Source: Anaerolineales bacterium
Lineage (GTDB): Bacteria > Chloroflexota > Anaerolineae > Anaerolineales > Villigracilaceae
NCBI GenBank assembly: GCA_034433295.1
Contig: DAOUAS010000019.1
Span: 3,713 to 67,712, forward strand
DNA length: 64,000 nt
Direction of reading: 5' to 3'
The notes beneath the pieces were generated by a model. That model was not told the DNA's origin and did no database searches. It saw nothing but the letters and a program-made list of their open reading frames with translations. Both the position numbers and the translations under genes were made by a program. Of the stretch, positions 63,838-64,000 are shown one piece after another; within the stretch, counting starts at the first letter, position 1; each line of letters starts with the position of its first letter.

Positions 63838-64000
63838 ATGTCATCCACAGACAAGTACATTCTCGCAATCGACCTGGGGACATCAGGACCCAAAACAGCC
63901 TTGTTCTCCACACAGGGCGAGTTGATTGGCAGTGAATTCGAAGAAACAAAGGTAATGCTTTTGCCCGGCGGCGGCGCGGAACAGTCACCCGACGAGTGGT
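63838..64000 (+). CDS. FGGY-family carbohydrate kinase, N-terminal part (runs off the window)
   Basis: My own translation: MSSTDKYILAIDLGTSGPKTALFSTQGELIGSEFEETKVMLLPGGGAEQSPDEW. It shows the canonical FGGY N-terminus (DLGTSG.K; EQ.P..W). Confidence 0.8.
   Translation, partial: MSSTDKYILAIDLGTSGPKTALFSTQGELIGSEFEETKVMLLPGGGAEQSPDEW

Overview
The window reads as a bacterial chromosome segment of moderately high GC. I guess Chloroflexota/Anaerolineae-like from gene content and repeat types, but I cannot verify that here.

Layout:
- 1-21.8 kb: ordinary housekeeping and envelope genes (surE, holA, dus, wecC/wecB, thiolase, RNase H1). Also a stand-alone TIR protein, an alkyltransferase-like protein, two tandem CPBP proteases and three decayed sugar/methylamine genes.
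- 22-27 kb: a plus-strand two-component triad (multi-GAF histidine kinase, REC-kinase, OmpR-type regulator).
- 27-60.7 kb: one co-directional minus-strand string of 19 genes with no gap above 58 nt. Order of transcription: two single-domain response regulators, then eleven paralogous membrane sensors with two orphan periplasmic binding proteins between them, then a ParA-like ATPase, a PAS-PAS-GAF hybrid histidine kinase with two receivers, a threonine-synthase-like PLP enzyme fused to a receiver, and a DMT transporter.
- 60.8-64 kb: tRNA-Gly(CCC) with its terminator, a composite repeat patch, polyprenyl synthase, HAD hydrolase, a hypothetical protein and a partial FGGY kinase.

The eleven sensors have variable inputs joined to HAMP/S-helix, a GAF domain, a half-GAF module and a conserved tail. 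I can recognise no catalytic output domain in any of them. The most notable signal is this many-sensors/one-kinase array. It looks organised like a chemosensory system but is built from GAF modules.

Several short palindromic or low-complexity repeat families are scattered through the window, and some sit in frame inside membrane-protein genes.

All domain calls come from reading the translations. No database search was possible.
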